Shown here: positions 51,196 to 63,411 of the stretch, piece by piece
Position numbering within the stretch: the stretch's first letter is position 1
Layout: each line of letters begins with the position of its first letter
Source: Macrostomum hystrix
Lineage: Eukaryota; Animalia; Platyhelminthes
Direction: 5' to 3'
Length of the DNA: 64,000 bases
NCBI GenBank assembly: GCA_950097015.1
Contig: CATNEN010000038.1
Location: 30,132,001-30,196,000 of the forward strand
Position numbers and translations under genes: made by a program
Notes under the pieces: generated by a model
What the model saw: only the letters and a program-made list of their open reading frames with translations
The model's database searches: none
What the model was told of the DNA's origin: nothing

Positions 51196-51581
51196 ACTTC
51201 ACCAAATTATTTCAGCACAGTTATCCCATCCCTGAAAACACAGCCGAAATTCTGACCTAAACGAATGCACAAAATGCTACCTATGTGCATCATAACACTG
51301 AGCTAAAAGAACATATGCTGTCAATCAATTTATAGGATCTGTACAGCAATTCAAAAGCTAGTCTTAAGCGATGTTATTAAGGTCTTTGAGTTCAAGCTAG
51401 CATTGTTATTTACTTCCGTTCGTGAACAGCAACTTCAAATCAGCAAGTCGCACGTTGTCGATTGTAACAACTAATTAGAGCACTTTAACCAGCAACAAAA
51501 ACTGCTATTTAAGTGCCTAATCAACTGCTCCAAACCCAGGTAGCAAATGGTTTAGTCTGATCGGGCAGGCGAGATACCCCC

Positions 51582-52397
51582 TTTCTCTACCCAATCCTAC
51601 ATCTACTTCTCTACCCACCCTACATCAACTTCTCTACCCACCCTACATCAACTTCTCTACCCAATCCTACATCTACTTCTCTACCCAATCCTACATCTAC
51701 TTCTCTACCCACCCTACATCAACTTCTCTACCCAATCCTACATCTACTTCTCTACCCAATCCTACATCTACTTCTCTACCCAATCCTACATCTACTTCTC
51801 TACCCAATCCTACATCTACTTCTCTACCCGATCTTATATCTACTTCTCTACCCAATCCTACATCTACTTCTCTACCCGATCTTATATCTACTTCTCTACC
51901 CAATCCTACATCTACTTCTCTACCCGATCTTATATCTACTTCTCTACCCAATCCTACATCTACTTCTCTACCCAATTCTACACCTACTTCTCTATCCAAT
52001 CCTACATCTACTTCTCACCAAATCCTACATCTACTTCTCTACCCAATCCTACATCAACTTCTCTACCCAATCCTACACCTACTTCTCTACCCAATTCTAC
52101 ATCTACTTCTCTACCCAATCCTACATCAACTTCTCTACCCAATCCTACATCCACTTCTCTACCCAATCCTACATCTACTTCTCTACCCAATCCTACATCA
52201 ACTTCTCTACCCAATCCTACACCTACTTCTCTACCCAATTCTACACCTACTTCTCTACCCAATTCTACATCTACTTCTCTACCCAATTCTACATCTACTT
52301 CTCTACCCAATCCTACATCTACTTCTCTACCCAATCCTACATCAACTTCTCTACCCAATCCTACACCTACTTCTCTACCCAATCCTAAATTTACTTC
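51582..52397. repeat. 24-bp minisatellite (CTACTTCTCTACCCAATCCTACAT)
   Basis: About 34 units. Confidence 0.95.
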
Positions 52398-52887
52398 GCT
52401 ACTAAATCATAACTTAAATGTTCAACATCTCTTCACCATTTGGATGCAATTAGGAAATCAGTTTTCATGACAGAACGAGAAGCAAGTTCCGCTGAGACAG
52501 ATTAGGCTGTTAGCAGACAAAGAATCTGGATCGGATTAGCTGAGGGGGGAGTTGATTAAACTCGTCTGCCCAATGTCTGAGCGAATCTATTGCTGCTAGC
52601 ACGAACGCAGGAAAACCTTACACTGTTCAATTTTTTCTAATCAATGTAAAATATAATAAAACGGCCTTTGCGCTGTCAGGGACACACGCTCTAGAAGGTG
52701 CACCTGACGAACTCACCTGAGAAGTCCATATATGAAATTAAAGTTTTTTTCAAGCAAATATTTGTTTCTATCTTTTTTTTACATTGAGACTTTAAACGAG
52801 TGATAAAGTACAATTAATACTACTAGCGAAGAGGCAAAATTCAGTAGGCTGGTTAGGCAGTTTTTATTCATATTGAAAAATACAGTA

Positions 52888-53445
52888 CAGTTTAAGTAGA
52901 GTGAAACTGTTTTGGTAGAGTGACACAGTTTGAGTAGAGTGACACAGTTTGAGTAGAGTGACATAGTTTGAGTAGAGTCGGGGACAGTTTGAGTAGAGTG
53001 ACACAAGTCAGAGTAGAGTGACACAGTTTGAGTAGAGTGACACAGTTTGAGTAGAGTGACACAGTTTGAGTAGAGTGACACAGTTTGAGTAGAGTGATAC
53101 AGTTTGAGTAGAGTGACACAGTTTGAGTAGAGTGACACAGTTTGAGTAGAGTCGGGGACAGTTTGAGTAGAGTGACTCAGTTTGAGTAGAGTGACTCAGT
53201 TTGAGTAGAGTCGGGGACAGTTTGAGTAGAGTCGGGGACAGTTAAAGTAGAGTCGGGGAAAGTTTGAGTAGAGTGACACAGTTTGAGTAGAGTGACACAG
53301 TTTGAGTAGAATCGGGGACAGTTTGAGTAGAGTGACACAGTTTGAGTAGAGTGACACAGTTTGAGTAGAGTGACACAGTTTGAGTAGAGTGACACAGTTT
53401 GAGTAGAGTGACACAGTTGGAGTAGAGTGACACAGTTTGAGTAGT
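52888..53445. repeat. 19-bp minisatellite (GTAGAGTGACACAGTTTGA)
   Basis: About 29 units starting about 22 nt from the donor at 53467. Confidence 0.95.
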
Positions 53446-53467
53446 GGCATAACAGGTGTTTACTCAC

Positions 53468-54091
53468 GGAGAGCACACTGGAGTCAGTTGTCTCAGCTTC
53501 ACCGGCAGCTTTGGCAGCCAGCAAATCTTCAAGCAGGGCTTGTATTTCGCCAATTCTTTCACTGATTACATCTAGCTTGGCCATGGCAGCGCTAGCAAAG
53601 TTGTCATCAACAGACACAAAATTGTCTTCGTCGATTGGAACATCGTCAACATCGGCAGAGGTAGCTTCTGATTCTTTGCGTTCGTGCGTTGCCCTGGGCT
53701 GCTGCTGCTGCTGCTGCTGTTCCATGTCAAAGTCTAAATCTGAGACGCGAGTTTCAATGGCAAACTTTTTTGTCTCGAATTGCACTATCAATTGTTCGAT
53801 ATCGTCAAATGCGTCAGTGACCGGTGGCAAATCCTCGGTCAGGTCACCGAGAGCTTCAACACGCTGTAAAATAGCAGGTATTGTCTGGTCTGCTAGGCTG
53901 TCTAATCGACTTTTTAAACCGCGACAAATGTTCAACTGCTGCTGCTGGTGGTCTGCGCCAGAACCTTCTGGCGTCGGTTGCTGCAGAAATTCTTCAGCCT
54001 CTTCAAGCCAAGCGCGAAGTTTTTGCAGATCCGAGTCCAGCGACTCGACTAGGGGCAAAGCTTTGGCCAGCTTGTCAAGCGCTGGTTGAAC
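53468..54091 (-). CDS. DMD: Dystrophin exon (spectrin repeats)
   Basis: ttccag|VQPALDKLAKALPLVESLDSDLQKLRAWLEEAE..|gtgagt; 208 codons. Confidence 0.9.
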
Positions 54092-54119
54092 CTGGAATGT
54101 GGCATATTCAGGATATTGT

Positions 54120-55455
54120 AATGTGTTGTCTCTGGTTAATGTCCTGTGTTGTGTCTAGTTAATGTCCTGTGTTGCCTCTGGTTAATGTCCTGTGTTGTGT
54201 CTAGTTAATGTCCTGTGTTGTCTCTGGTTAATGTCCTGTGTTGTGTCTAGTTAATGTCCTGTGTTGTATCTAGTTAATGTCCTGTGTCGTCTCTGGTTAA
54301 TGTCCTGTGTTGTGTCTAGTTAATGCCCTGTGTTGTCTGTAGTTAATGTCCTGTGTTGTGTCTAGTTAATGCCCTGTGTTGTGTCTAGTTAATGCCCTGT
54401 GTTGTGTCTAGTTAATGTCCTGTGTTGTGTCTAGTTAATGCCCTGTGTTGTGTCTAGTTATTGTCCTGTGTTGTGTCTAGTTAATGCCCTGTGTTGTGTC
54501 TAGTTAATGCCCTGTGTTGTGTCTAGTTAATGCCCTGTGTTGTGTCTAGTTAATGTCCTGTGTTGTGTCTAGTTAAAGTCCTGTGTTGTGTCTAGTTAAT
54601 GTCCTGTGTTGTGTCTAGTTAATGTCCTGTGTCGTGTCTAGTTAATGTCCTGTGTCGTGTCTAGTTATTGCCCTGTGTTGTGTCTAGTTATTGCCCTGTG
54701 TTGTGTCTAGTTAATGCCCTGTGTTGTGTCTAGTTAATGCCCTGTGTTGTGTCTAGTTATTGCTCTGTGTTGTGTCTAGTTATTGCTCTGTGTTGTGTCT
54801 AGTTATTGCCCTGTGTTGTGTCTAGTTATTGCTCTGTGTTGTGTCTAGTTATTGCCCTGTGTTGTGTCTAGTTAATGTCCTGTGTTGTGTCTAGTTATTG
54901 CCTTGTGTTGTGTCTAGTTAATGTCCTGTGTTGTGTCTAGTTATTGCCCTGTGTTGTGTCTAGTTAATGTCCTGTGTTGTGTCTAGTTATTGTCCTGTGT
55001 TGTGTCTAGTTAATGTCCTGTGTTGTGTCTAGTTATTGTCCTGTGTTGTGTCTAGTTATTGCCCTGTGTTGTGTCTAGTTATTGCCCTGTGTTGTGTCTA
55101 GTTAATGTCCTGTGTTGTGTCTAGTTATTGCCCTGTGTTGTGTCTAGTTATTGCCCTGTGTTGTGTCTAGTTATTGCCCTGTGTTGTGTCTAGTTAATGT
55201 CCTGTGTTGTGTCTAGTTAATGCCCTGTGTTGTGTCTAGTTAATGTCCTGTGTTGTGTCTAGTTATTGCCCTGTGTTGTGTCTAGTTATTGCCCTGTGTT
55301 GTGTCTAGTTATTGCCCTGTGTTGTGTCTAGTTATTGCCCTGTGTTGTGTCTAGTTAATGTCCTGTGTTGTGTCTAGTTAATGTCCTGTGTCGTCATGTA
55401 ATACCCTGTGTTGTCCAGTAATGTCTAGTGTTGTGTCTAGTTAATATGTTGTGCT
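54120..55455. repeat. 23-bp minisatellite (TAGTTAATGTCCTGTGTTGTGTC)
   Basis: About 57 units ending about 28 nt from the acceptor at 54092. Confidence 0.97.
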
Positions 55456-55929
55456 GTCAGGTAAAATTTCTTGAATATCACACTATGCTGCCGAGATTAT
55501 AACACATGATATTTCACTAAGCAAAAAAAATTACCCTTAATTTTAAAACATCATTAACACAAAAATTTAAAGAAAAAATTCGAAATATATCATGGACTTC
55601 AGTACTGTCGTAAAAATACGAACCATTTGCTTAAAAAGAATTTCTACTTTTGCCATTCTACGTTTTACTTTCAGGCGCACACAAATGCTTATAGTGTCTG
55701 GCTGACATGACATGTCAATCACAACTTGAAATGCCAACATGGAAACTTATTATTTACTTCAAAACGTCAAGCCAATGGCCTTTTTTAATTGAATGTACAT
55801 TTTAGGCTAAGAGAAAGTTGTTAGTCAAGTTAACTTAGGAAATATTTCCCTGAAGTGCCGAAAACTGCTAAATCAATACAGCTTTTAGAGTTTTTTATAG
55901 TGTTTGGGGATTTAGAGTTTATTCAATAT

Positions 55930-56290
55930 TGGGATCTGTGATCCATCTAATATGAGGATCTGGGATCTATCTAATATGAGGATCTGGGATCTATCTAATA
56001 TGAGGATCTGGGATCTATCTAATATGAAGATCTGGGATCTATCTAATATGAGGATCTGAGATCCATCTAATATGAGGATCTGAGATCTATGTAATATGAG
56101 GATCTGGGATCTATCTAATATGAGGATCTGAGATCCATCTAATATGAGGATCTGAGATCCATCTAATATGAGGATCTGGGATCTATCTAATATGAGGATC
56201 TGGGATCTATGTAATATGAGGATCTGGGATCTATGTAATATGAGGATCTGGGATCTATGTAATATGAGGATTGGGATCTATCTAATATCA
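55930..56290. repeat. 24-bp minisatellite (CTAATATGAGGATCTGGGATCTAT)
   Basis: About 15 units. Confidence 0.95.
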
Positions 56291-56676
56291 TGATTATTAG
56301 ATTGGGATTGGGATTGGGATCTATACTATAAGAATATAGAATTTGTCTAATATGTGTAATATGGGACAAGACCCTTAAAAGCAGATCGATCACATAATAT
56401 TCCACAAAATGAACAGCCCATAGTTTACTATAGCACCGTATTTGTACAACATTAAATGTAAGAGCAGCATAAAAGGATCTATTGAGCAGCCCATCTGGAA
56501 GCCACATCAAAGTCCATATCTACACGTAGCAAGGCTTTGCTATTAATTGAGTAGGGCTTCATAAAATACGACAGGCGGATATGAGCACAGGCCTACTATA
56601 AATCAGCAAAGTATGATTGTTAGATGTTTTCTAAACTAGAATGTAAATGATTGACCTTATGTTTACAACTGAGCCA

Positions 56677-56986
56677 CATTCATTCATTTCATTCATTTCA
56701 TTCATTTCATTCATTTCATTCATTTCATTCATTTCATTCATTTCATTCATTTCATTCATTTCATTCATTTCATTCATTTCATTCATTTCATTCATTTCAT
56801 TCATTTCATTCATTTCATTCATTTCATTCATTTCATTCATTTCATTCATTTCATTCATTTCATTCATTTCATTCATTTCATTCATTTCATTCATTTCATT
56901 CATTTCATTCATTTCATTCATTTCATTCATTTCATTCATTTCATTCATTTCATTCATTTCATTCATTTCATTCATTTCATTCATTT
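56677..56986. repeat. (CATTTCATT)n perfect 9-mer
   Basis: About 34 perfect units. Confidence 0.98.
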
Positions 56987-57249
56987 GTAATAATCTTAAC
57001 TTGGCCAGTGAAGACTGAACCTTAACTAATTTTACAATATCTCATTAGCATTTTAACAAGGATACGGGATAGACAGGCATACGCAGATAGCAACTGAAGG
57101 TTGTTTCACGTTAAATGCGATCATGTGTCTAGATAAAGAACAGGCCCGTTCAAAAGTATAATAATAATTTGAGGGATCAGAAGATTAGCCATAAAATATA
57201 TAGTGAATCGGCAAAGTCAATGATCATTGGACTAGAGCTCTGAAAAACC

Positions 57250-58403
57250 AAGGGATTGGCCCTAAAATATCTTGGGATTGACCCTGAATGGTGAGGGGAT
57301 TAGCTCTGAAGGATCAGTGCACTTGCCCTGAAGGATTTTGGGATTGGCCCTGAAGGATCTTGGGATTAGCCCTGAAGGATCTTGCGATTAGCCCTGAAGG
57401 ATCTTGGGATTGGCCGTGAAGGATCTTGGGATTAGCCCTGAAGGATCTTGGGATTAGCCCTGAAGGATCTTGGGATTGGCCGTGAAGGATCTTGGGGTTA
57501 GCCCTGAAGGATCTTGGGATTAGCCCTGAAGGATCTTGGGATTGGCCGTGAAGGATCTTGGGATTAGCCCTGAAGGATCTTGGGATTAGCCCTGAAGGAT
57601 CTTGGGATTGGCCGTGAAGGATCTTGGGGTTAGCCCTGAAGGATCTTGGGATTAGCCCTGAAGGATCTTGGGATTGGCCGTGAAGGATCTTGGGGTTAGC
57701 CCTGAAGGATCTTGGGATTAGCCCTGAAGGATCTTGGGATTGGCCCTGAAGGATCTTGGGATTGCCCTGAAGGATCTTGCGATTAGCCCTGAAGGATCTT
57801 GGGATTGGCCGTGAAGGATCTTGGGGTTAGCCCTGAAGGATCTTGGGGTTAGCCCTGAAGGATCTTGGGATTAGCCCTGAAGGATCTTGGGATTGGCCGT
57901 GAAGGATCTTGGGATTAGCCCTGAAGGATCTTGGGATTAGCCCTGAAGGATCTTGGGATTGGCCGTGAAGGATCTTGGGGTTAGCCCTGAAGGATCTTGG
58001 GATTAGCCCTGAAGGATCTTGGGATTGGCCGTGAAGGATCTTGGGGTTAGCCCTGAAGGATCTTGGGATTAGCCCTGAAGGATCTTGGGATTGGCCCTGA
58101 AGGATCTTGGGATTGCCCTGAAGGATCTTGCGATTAGCCCTGAAGGATCTTGGGATTGGCCGTGAAGGATCTTGGGGTTAGCCCTGAAGGATCTTGGGAT
58201 TAGCCCTGAAGGATCTTGGGATTGGCCGTGAAGGATCTTGGGGTTAGCCCTGAAGGATCTTGGGATTAGCCCTGAAGGATCTTGGGATTGGCCGTGAAGG
58301 ATCTTGGGGTTAGCCCTGAAGGATCTTGGGATTAGCCCTGAAGGATCTTGGGATTGGCCCTGAAGGATCTTGGGATTGCCCTGAAGGATCTTGGGATTGG
58401 CCC
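57250..58403. repeat. 22-bp minisatellite (GCCCTGAAGGATCTTGGGATTA)
   Basis: About 50 units with a 3-unit variant period. Confidence 0.97.
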
Positions 58404-59075
58404 ATAACCATCAGATGATTGACTCTAAAGGATCGGATGACTGACCCTGAACGATCAAAGTATTTTCCTTGAACAATCAGATTCAGACCCTGATGAAGCA
58501 CTAGCTCTACGGCACTGAAGTACCAAGTAAGAGACTGTTTAAAAATGTATTAAAACGACACCGTTGTACATAACTAAATGATAAACTCAAGAAGCGAAAT
58601 AAATAAATTATCCACTATCCAGCATAGCTGAGTAACAAGCTCTCAACCCATTCGCTAATACCAAACCGAAATCTCGACACGAATTTTGCCTCAGGCAGGA
58701 AAGACAAAATCCAAAAGACAAATCTCAGACTCAAGCAGAGGAGAATTCCCAAGAGGCTAGCGACCCGTGTTTTGGGCTAAAGAAGATTAACGACAGCCAG
58801 CTATAGGTAGATTCAGGTGCATTATGACAATATAGAGCGGCTTAGAAAATAGATCAGAGAAGGATTATTAGTGAAAAAATGTTCGACAAAATAAAAACAC
58901 AAAGGAAATTGCGGTACTGATGTAAGACTGAAAAAATTATCAACAGTAGAAAGACCAAGGGGTATTCAAATACTCACATAATTATTTATCTCCCAAATTA
59001 TTCAACCCATTGCCAGTAAAATCTAGAAAATGTGCTACCATTTTTCGTTCAATCCGATGAAACAACTTCCAGAAC

Positions 59076-60144
59076 GGGGTCGTTTCACAAACCCTAATTT
59101 TCACAACGTCGCAAGATACACACTTTCATAAGCCCTAAATTTCATAGACCCTAATTTTCACAACGTCGAAAAGTCGTGCACAGAAACTTCACAAGCCCTA
59201 AATTTCACAAGCCCTAAATTTCACAAGCTCTAAATTTCACAAGCTCTAAATTTCACAAGCCCTAAATTTCACAAGCCCTAAATTTCACAAGCTCTAAATT
59301 TCACAAGCTCTAAATTTCACAAGCCCTAAATTTCACAAGCCCTAAATTTCACAAGCTCTAAATTTCACAAGCCCTAAATTTCACAAGCCCTAAATTTCAC
59401 AAGCTCTAAATTTCACAAGCCCTAAATTTCACAAGCTCTAAATTTCACAAGCTCTAAATTTCACAAGCTCTAAATTTCACAAGCCATAATTTTCACAAGA
59501 CCTAATTTTCACAACGTCGAAAAGCCATGCACAGAAACTTCACAAGCCCAACGCTTTTAGGCGTTGTGAAATTATGGCTTGTGAAATTTAGAGCTTATGA
59601 AATTTTGTGCATGCCTTTTAGGCGTTGTGAAGTATAGAATAATACCCGTTTCTAAATAAACGTTGAGGACGCGTTTCTTGGCCAAGGCGAAGCCGAGGCC
59701 CAGAAGCGCAGTCCTCAGCCGTTCCAAGGCCATAGACAACGATTTCAGGGGGGGGGTATTATAGCATTTAATCCTAAAGCTTGGCCCGGCTCCCGAGATT
59801 GCACTACTAAAACTGTTTACAGTAACTGTGACCATAGACTATATGTTTAATCGGCCTAGGCCGTTAAATGACTGGCTTAGGCCAGTTAAATAATAAATAC
59901 ATAGAATTAACAGCCAATAGGCCGGGCCAAGCTGGGGATTAAATATAGGGCTTGTGAAATGTAGGTGTTGTGAAATCTGTGGCATTGCTTATTTTCGACG
60001 TTGTGAAATTTAGGGTTTGTGAAATTTAGGGCTTATGAAAGGATCTGGTTTAGACGTTGTGAAATTTAGGGTTTGTGAAATTTAGGGCTTATGAAAGGAT
60101 CTGGTTTAGACGTTGTGAAAATTAGGGTCTGTGAAAGCGACCAC
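59076..60144. mobile_element. Foldback-type non-autonomous DNA transposon
   Basis: About 36-bp TIRs (GGGGTCGTTTCACAAACCCTAATTTTCACAACGTC and inverse); arms of 16-bp AAATTTCACAAGCCCT subrepeats in opposite orientation; flanks TCCAGAAC / TCCAGAAT. Confidence 0.8.
59638..59948. mobile_element. Unclassified 311-bp insertion nested in the foldback element
   Basis: TATAG direct repeat at both ends; removing it restores the host subrepeat; two internal inverted-repeat pairs. Confidence 0.6.
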
Positions 60145-61670
60145 TCCAGAATTACAAATCATCGACATTGTCTAGATATTCAACGATTCTGCTCACAAAA
60201 TTTATTAATATAACCATGTCGGCTATAAGTCTTGATTATTTTAGATTGATTAAATTGTTAATTTTTGTCCTTGTCACCAGGGTCTTTCAACAAGAATCGA
60301 TGAATATCACGACGATGCCTTACATTTATTGGAGAGATGAAAACACTCAACATGTCCCATCTTCGAATAGTCGAATATTGACGATGAAGCACTCTTAAAT
60401 GTCAGTCTAAGCGTAGATATTGATGATTTTTCCTTCCTTCTTCTAGGAGAAAAATCTATCTAGAATTATTAATAAAATATCTAGCGCGTGCTTCTCTCGC
60501 TGCTTGCTTATTAATCACTATTGCAGTTACACGATAATTATTAAAAATTGATTTCATCGTGTCTTAATGCAGTAAGTTATTAAAAGGCCGTATTAACTAT
60601 GTGATGTTTTCCTGTGTCAATAGGGATAAATTAGCATCCATTATATTCCTTAATCTATATGCCGATAGATTAGCAATCCACTCTATTCCTTTATCAAAAT
60701 GCGGATAGATTAGCAATCCATTCTACTGTCACATACTTATCTTTATTGTTATATTTCTTACTGTTTTCTTATTTTAATCCTTATCCTTGATAGAAGGATT
60801 TATGGGGTGGCTTTCGATCTTCAGACTCTATCTGTTAGATAAAATATCATATTATAAAAAATATTAGTACTTACTTTATAAAGCTGTCAATCAAATAACA
60901 CGACTTGTGTCAGATGAAAAAATGCATAAAAATTGCAAATTGTTTTCTAATGTCACGCACGAAAGGCTCAGATATAGAAAAATGTGGTTTATAATCAGCT
61001 AAGAGAAGTAGGTGTGAAATGAATGAAGGCCTCATTCTGATTGGCTAGGCTTCATAACCAAATTCCTCATCACGCTGCGTGTGACACTCGTTCAGTTAGA
61101 AAACGAAGTGCCTGGGATTACTAGTGGTCTGTCTCTGTCTCCCTAATCCCTAATTCGATGTTAACAAGAAAATCTCGCGGATCAACTAAGATCCACGTTG
61201 AAGGAAATGAAAATAAGATGAAATCTGGAATTCATTTATGACCGATGCTAATTACGAGCGTCCTTAACAACATATTGCGTTCTATTCAATTTCCAGTACG
61301 CGATAATGGGATTATTCAATTAGATCAACACGTACGATTAATAAGAATCTTTTTACGGGAAGAGCAACGAGAATTAATCTCAGTATGAACTGGACCGTTA
61401 GTAATAAAGAAACTGAAATACTTCAAAAAACGTAAAAAAAACTAAAAATCTGCCGAACTAATAAAAAATAAAAAGTATTCGTCGATAAATTTCTTGTTTA
61501 AAATGATTTTCATATAATCTACTTACCCGAGTCACGTGATATATCATCTTGCAATTTTCAATAACAAATAGAGGTTTAATTAAATTTTATAATAAACATC
61601 TGTCTACTTATCACACTACTTAAAGTAGAAATAAAAGTTTATAAAAGTACAAATAGGTTAATTCGCTAAC

Positions 61671-61826
61671 CTGTTCAGACAGTCGTTCAAACATGCCCTG
61701 CAATCGGGACAGTTCAGCTAGTAGACGCTTTGGAAAATCAATCTGCTTCTGTTCAACCAGGTGCTTGCCGGTGGCGGAAACGTACTGCAGATCTGGCTGT
61801 AGCTCATTCAGCAATGCCGATACGCT
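61671..61826 (-). CDS. DMD: Dystrophin exon (spectrin repeat, about R11)
   Basis: LQYVSATGKHLVEQKQIDFPKRL parallels dystrophin VIKTGRQIVQKKQTENPKEL; atgcag and gttag sites. Confidence 0.92.
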
Positions 61827-61994
61827 CTGCATAATAGTAGCGAGATTTTTTAGGTTATTTAAAAACGAGTTGAAAAGATTTTTTTTATTTTGGGGCAGTA
61901 AGAACACATTTAAAATAAAATTTCATATTTTAAAATTCTGAAGACATTCTAGTGAAATGTGGACAATGTGGACTTAAAAAACTAATTATTACTA

Positions 61995-63025
61995 AAAAAC
62001 CTACAAAGTCAACAAATCTCACCATGTTGACAACCAAATCACAAAATCTCACCCCGAAGACTACAAAATCACTAAACTTCACCCTAAAGACTACAAAATC
62101 ACCAAATCTCAACCTGAAGACTACAAAATCACCAAATCTCAACCTGAAGACTACAAAATCACCAAATCTCAACCTTAAGACTACAAAATCACCAAATCTC
62201 ACCCCGAAGACTACAAAATCACTAAAACTCACCCTGAAGACTACATAATCACTAAACCTCACCCTGAAGACTACAAAATCACCAAATCTCAACCTGAAGA
62301 CTACAAAATCACCAAATCTCAACCTGAAGACTATAAAGTCACCAAATCTCACCCTGAAGACTACAAAATCACCAAATCTCACCCTGAAGACTACAAAGTC
62401 ACCAAATCTCACCCTGAAGACTACAAAATCACCAAATCTCACCCTGAAGACTACAAAATCACCAAATCTCACCCTGAAGACTACAAAGTCACCAAATCTC
62501 ACCCTGAAGACTACAAAGTCACCAAATCTCACCCTGAAGACTACAAAATCACCAAATCTCACCCTGAAGACTACATAATCACCAAATCTCACCCTGAAGA
62601 CTACATAATCACCAAATCTCAACCTGAAGACTATAAAGTCACCAAATCTCACCCTGAAGACTAAAAAATCACCAAATCTCACCCTGAAGACTACAAAGTC
62701 ACCAAATCTCACCCTGAAGACTACATAATCACCAAATCTCACCCTGAAGACTACAAAGTCACCAAATCTCAACCTGAAGACTATAAAGTCACCAAATCTC
62801 ACCCTGAAGACTACAAAATCACTAAACCTCACCCTGAAGACTACAAAATCACCAAATCTCACCCTGAAGACTACATAATCACCAAATCTCACCCTGAAGA
62901 CTACATAATCACCAAATCTCAACCTGAAGACTACAAAGTCACCAAATCTCAACCTGAAGACTATAAAGTCACCAAATCTCACCCTGAAGACTACAAAATC
63001 ATCAAATCTCACCCTGAAGACTACA
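61995..63025. repeat. 30-bp minisatellite (ACCAAATCTCACCCTGAAGACTACAAAATC)
   Basis: About 34 units merging into the donor at 63028. Confidence 0.97.
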
Positions 63026-63028
63026 TAC

Positions 63029-63266
63029 CTCAGCAAACTCTTTAGTTCTTTGCACATCTTCAGGCTCAATAGAAAGCAGATCCAGCAGGTGCAGACGGTC
63101 ATTAAGCGATTCCAGTTCTCGCCTAACTCGATCCAATTTCGGTTCAAAATCAGCCGGTCGTTGAAACCTGTTATAGAGCTTGGCGACATAGTCGAAGCTG
63201 GCCCGAAGATTATCGCGAACGCCTTCTAGACGAAGGGCGGCGTCGCGGTTTCCTGTGGCCATGTGC
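63029..63266 (-). CDS. DMD: Dystrophin exon (spectrin repeat R10/R11 junction); most 5' exon in the window
   Basis: RFQRPADFEPKL parallels dystrophin LFQKPANFEQRL; ctgcag and gtatg sites; phases 2/0. Confidence 0.92.
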
Positions 63267-63411
63267 CTGCAGAAATTGGGATGTTTAAAAAAGAATGTCA
63301 AATTTTCAAAGAGGCTTGTCTAATGTTAAATAATCACCTGAGATAACAAGGGATGCATCCTAAAATTGTGAGATTTTAGTAAAATAATTTCATAGAATGA
63401 TGCCTTGTGAA

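Larger units (their letters stand above)
8367..63266 (-). other. DMD: Dystrophin gene span, 5'-incomplete (19 exons traced, about 2760 aa in window)
   Basis: All introns are GT-AG with matching phases; exon total 8284 nt = 1 + 2761 codons. Domain order is spectrin repeats, WW, EF, ZZ, coiled coils. Confidence 0.93.

Noticed and set aside
52710-52760. CAG|GTGAGT donor-like site
   Set aside because: There is an in-frame stop seven codons upstream in the required phase and no supporting acceptor.
47818-60320. About 45-bp similarity between 47818-47865 and 60268-60315
   Set aside because: Too short and diverged to classify; probably fragments of an old dispersed repeat.
3579-63189. Long repetitive ORFs (e.g. 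4542-5324, 20122-21246, 28849-30243, 42731-43675, 61930-63189)
   Set aside because: They are translations of stop-free minisatellite units, usually open in several frames, with no domain content beyond overlapping true exons.
8367-63266. Genome-wide reassignment of TAA to a sense codon
   Set aside because: No in-frame TAA or TAG is needed in about 3000 codons of the two genes; the TTA tRNA supports at most suppression.
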